64,000 bases of DNA from Tubulanus polymorphus. Taxonomy: Eukaryota > Animalia > Nemertea. Position 1 is the first letter of the stretch. Each line of letters starts with the position of its first letter. The notes under the pieces were generated by a model. That model searched no databases and was not told the origin of the DNA. It worked only from the letters and a program-made list of their open reading frames with translations. The translations under genes and the position numbers were made by a program. The stretch is taken from positions 5,084,001-5,148,000 of the forward strand of contig NC_134031.1 in NCBI RefSeq assembly GCF_964204645.1, in the 5' to 3' direction. Positions 59,906-64,000 of the stretch are shown piece after piece.

Positions 59906-60206
59906 CTCCCTGCGGCCTGTGATCTGTAATATTCCAATCTATCATATGTCACTCATTGATGTAATTTTGTATGAAGAATCGCTGCAGTGCTATCGTGTCA
60001 CCTACAGGGATGCTGGGAGTGGGATAGTCGGTGGTTGAAAATGTAATCGCATCAATCAGTCTCGTGCGTGGGGCTGGTCATCTAGTATTAGTAACTGCAA
60101 TTACTCGGCGACTGCAGTTTTTTGGTTTAGGAGACCCTCTAACAACACTATTTTTTAAACAACACTTTACGCCTCATAGTGGAAAGGTGACCTAAACTGC
60201 GGTTAG

Positions 60207-60413
<207 letters not shown>

Positions 60414-60629
60414 TAATTTAATCTGGTCTCAATTTTTGAATGAATGTTTTCTGATGTAATGAAAGTTTAACAGTTATTATTCTAACTGCAGGTGCTGAAA
60501 TAGGGGGCGGTGATGGAGGGGTTATAAGAGAATTGTCCAAAAACCCAGACGTTGAACAAATAGTTCAGTATGAAATAGATGAGGTAATTCATATGACATA
60601 TGTAATCCACAAATCACAATCCACTGTTC

Positions 60630-60792
60630 ATGACCTTAGTTCCACTGTGTATGTATGACCCACAGTTCCACTGTGTATGTATGACCCACAGTTCCACTGT
60701 GTATGTATGACCCACAGTTCCACTGTGTATGTATGACCCACAGTTCCACTGTCTATATATGACCCACAGTTCCACTGTTCATGACCCACAGT
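60630..60792 (+). repeat. 26-bp tandem repeat (ATGACCCACAGTTCCACTGTGTATGT), about 6 units, in SRM intron 3
   Basis: Seen directly. Confidence 0.88.
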
Positions 60793-63457
60793 CTATTTTA
60801 GTCTCCTTTATGAATACAGACTAAAATTTTATGATAATCTTTTTCAGAAAGTGATTAAAGTTTGTAAAGAATATCTACCAAACATGGCTAGTGGATACAG
60901 CAGTCCTAAACTACTGCAGCATATCGGAGATGGGTTTGAATTCATGAAGAATCACACTGGAGAATTTGATGTTATAATCACTGATTCATCAGATCCTATC
61001 GGTATATGTTAAAGTCACGCAGTACAAATAGTTCTTAAAGTTCCTTAGAAAAAGTCCTTATAAGTCCTGAAAGTAACCCTTAAGTAGCCCTTAGAATCCC
61101 CCAAAATTAGCCTTTTAAACCCTTGATGATAGTCCTAATGGCTACAATGATAATAAACTGCGATATTATAAATCAATTTTCTTAATTAGAAATCCCAATT
61201 TCAGCCAAAGATTTAAAGTTCTCGAGTAGAAAAGGTTTATGATTTGGAGCAATGTTTCGGCTTTAAATCTAAGCCATTATCAGTATTACTCTCGTACATT
61301 CATATTACACGGATATTGTGTATCTTAAGATTAATGACAAGTCGCTTTGATTTATTTGATCAGGACTGGCGGAATCCTTGTTCCAGAAGCCGTACTATGA
61401 ACTGATGAAATCAGCTCTTAAACCAGACGGATTGCTCTGCTGTCAAGGTTTGTTAACTCAGTTATATACAACGATAATTTACCTAAAATATCTTAAATTA
61501 ACTCTTCATTCAACATTCAAACTCTCGATGAAATAGTTCAATTTGAACTTTCATTCTGTTCAAATAGAAGTTTAGATATAAAAAAACGTTATCGACCTGA
61601 TATTTCAATTCTGACTGAACTTGTGCAGTATGTGATCATCCGATATGGTCTGGATTTGCATATCAGTTCATATATATGTCAGTAATTTAGAGTATGATAC
61701 TTGTAATGTGTGCTGAATAAGTCTAATCTCCTTATCCTCTGTATAAATATGACAAAAATACGTTTTGTGATTAGATAAGAATAAATTTTAATAACTATTA
61801 AAACACTTGTATCATGTCTGAGCATAGAACATTTCATACACATTTTTTTTTTAAATTTTAGGTGAATGCATTTGGCTTCATATGGATTTAATTAAAGAAA
61901 TGGCCGATTTCTCAAAAAAACTATTTCCCGTTGTCGACTATGGATTTTTGACGATACCCACTTACCCTGCTGGACAGATTGGAATGATTTTATGCAGTAA
62001 AAATCCAGTACGTTGAAGTATTTTCACCTAAGAATCTCTTTTAAACATCATTTACCGATTGATGATGTTCAGTATTTAAGCTCCTCGACTTAAGCTATTT
62101 ACCCGGTATTTTGGAATCTCAGTAGAATTTCAATTATCTGATTTTCTTTGTTCAGGAAACTGATTTCAAAAGACCTTTACGTGAACCTTCTAACGCAGAA
62201 TTAGATTCAATGAAATTGCGGTATTACAGCCCTGAAGCCCATCGAGGCGCTTTCATGTTACCCAGATTTGCCCGTCAGGTAATTTCAAACATTTTGAATA
62301 TACTGTTGAAGACATTTCTATTTTTTTTTAAATCTCAATTTATATTTGCAATTCAATTTTTTATAAGTCATCCGACTACTACGTGATATGATCTTCACAA
62401 CTGTGACGACTTCTGTGCCAGTTTCGTTTCACTCAAAGAAACATGATTTTATTAATATTTTGTAATTATTGTTTTTCTGTTTTCAGGAACTTTCAAGTTG
62501 AATATTTTGAATGGGTGTCATCTGTCAGAGGCTACTGTCTGTCTGTCTGCGTGTATTCTGTATGTTATATATGCTCAATTCACTGTGTACTAGAAACTGC
62601 TAGTCAAATTTGCTGAGATTTTTTAATGAAATCATCATTCCACTTTTTAATAGATGACAAGTGAAAAAAATAAATCTATATATTTTTCAATCGTAAGAAT
62701 GAATTTGTTTGTTTGTTGAAGTTTCTTATCACCAGACACCGGTTTTATCGGTCCATTCATATTGGACCGGTCTAAAATAGAGGGGACCAATTTGGAACAG
62801 ACATTTTACAAATGTAAAGCTTGGTCCGATCTCCCGACTCGTAGGACTCGAAACGGCGATCTCCAGCTTGCCAGTCGAGGAGTGTATACACATTATATAT
62901 TGACGAAGAAATTTAAAACAAGACACATTTAGAATAATTTATCTAAGATTCAAAGATAACATAGAAAATACACAGAGAAACGTGACGTACAAAATGATCG
63001 ATCGATAACATTCATTGAATATTATTAAAATAGTCAATATTGTTTAAAACCACCAAGATTCGTATTTTTACGTCGAATGGAACTACAAGATAGAAAGTAA
63101 AGTAGACACGAGGTTTGTGCCCCCTTGAGGATGAGATAATGTACAAACAACTAACGCCCCCTAGAGGACTGATTTGGTAACATATATACATGTATAGTAT
63201 ACCCGTTGCATAAATCGTACATTCGAGTTTCGTTGATCGAGAAATTAAGATTTGGTTCATCTGAATTTTAGCATTTTCCACATGTTAATCATCGAACTGT
63301 AATCCAAACAGACACTGATAAATGCAAACCGTCCCGAGATGAATTCAAATTCTCAAATAGATCCTCGCTATAGCCCGGATCCGATGCCTCCCGCGGCCGA
63401 AACTACCGGGTCGGAGTCAGCCAACTGACCCTCGTGGCCTGCGAGGGCGAGACGTCA

Positions 63458-63471
63458 CAGCGCCCCCTGGC
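63458..63471 (-). promoter_or_regulatory. Candidate CTCF-binding core
   Basis: The minus strand reads GCCAGGGGGCGCTG, resembling the CTCF core, in a GC-rich patch. This is a motif match only. Confidence 0.3.
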
Positions 63472-64000
63472 TTCAGTATTTAGTACAAAACTTGCATTTT
63501 ACAATATGTTTAATATATACACAATTTTCAACACATTTATACGTATTTTTTGATAAAACAAACGAAATGAATTCAATATTTTCGACATCAAGTTTTTTGT
63601 TGTTTATTGAATTCACATTAAAACATTCACAATTTACTTATATAAAATTATTTGACTGCCTGACTGAGTGACTGACTGACTGAATTACTGTTTATATACA
63701 TGAATGTTTGCACTGTAACTTCAGTGTACCTTCACCTTCAGTGCCGAAATTCAACCTTCTCTTCCTTACGAGTTCTCTTATTTCACTGCCGCATTCGGCT
63801 GACTTTTTTTTACAACATAGACATTATTTTTCGTAGATAAATAATTCAGTAACGTTATCTCTGTTTCCGCCCACGCTGCTGCTGCTGCTGCTGCTGCTAC
63901 AATCTATAGTTTACCAAACCGAACATTTATGATGTGGATTCATACGACTTCCTTTAGGACAATTATACGCCTTGGCGAAATCTGCCGAATTGGACAACGG

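Noticed and set aside
63372-63412. Hammerhead-like fold CCCGG..CCGATG..GGCCGAAA..CCGGG
   Set aside because: It lacks the CUGANGA core and a proper stem III.

Overview
This is eukaryotic DNA from an intron-rich animal genome, probably a marine invertebrate. Host genes, all on the + strand, are: the last exon of TRIM45; a DUR3-type urea/solute:sodium symporter with 14 coding exons per isoform and two alternative first coding exons (8367/11832-25261); an unnamed secreted-protein gene whose last intron is interrupted (26512-27838); an intact single-exon dCMP deaminase with decayed tandem paralogues; and a spermidine synthase gene with a 1-bp frameshift. The centre holds an 18.2-kb, very AT-rich endogenous Maverick/Polinton-type virus (27979-46176) with ~460-bp terminal inverted repeats (TIRs). 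It encodes a protein-primed PolB, an rve integrase with chromodomain, an A32-like packaging ATPase, and minor and probable major capsid proteins. It differs from textbook Polintons in five ways. I see no adenain-type protease. About seven ORFs are predicted membrane proteins. The outer ~266 bp of each TIR is itself a long hairpin. 14 of 17 genes start in a poxvirus-late-like TAAATG context with two upstream motif classes. There is no target-site duplication (TSD), and the flanks are not contiguous. Several MITEs, a TIR-bounded element with an 18-bp array, and Penelope-like hammerhead relics are also present. All calls come from reading motifs by eye; no searches were run.
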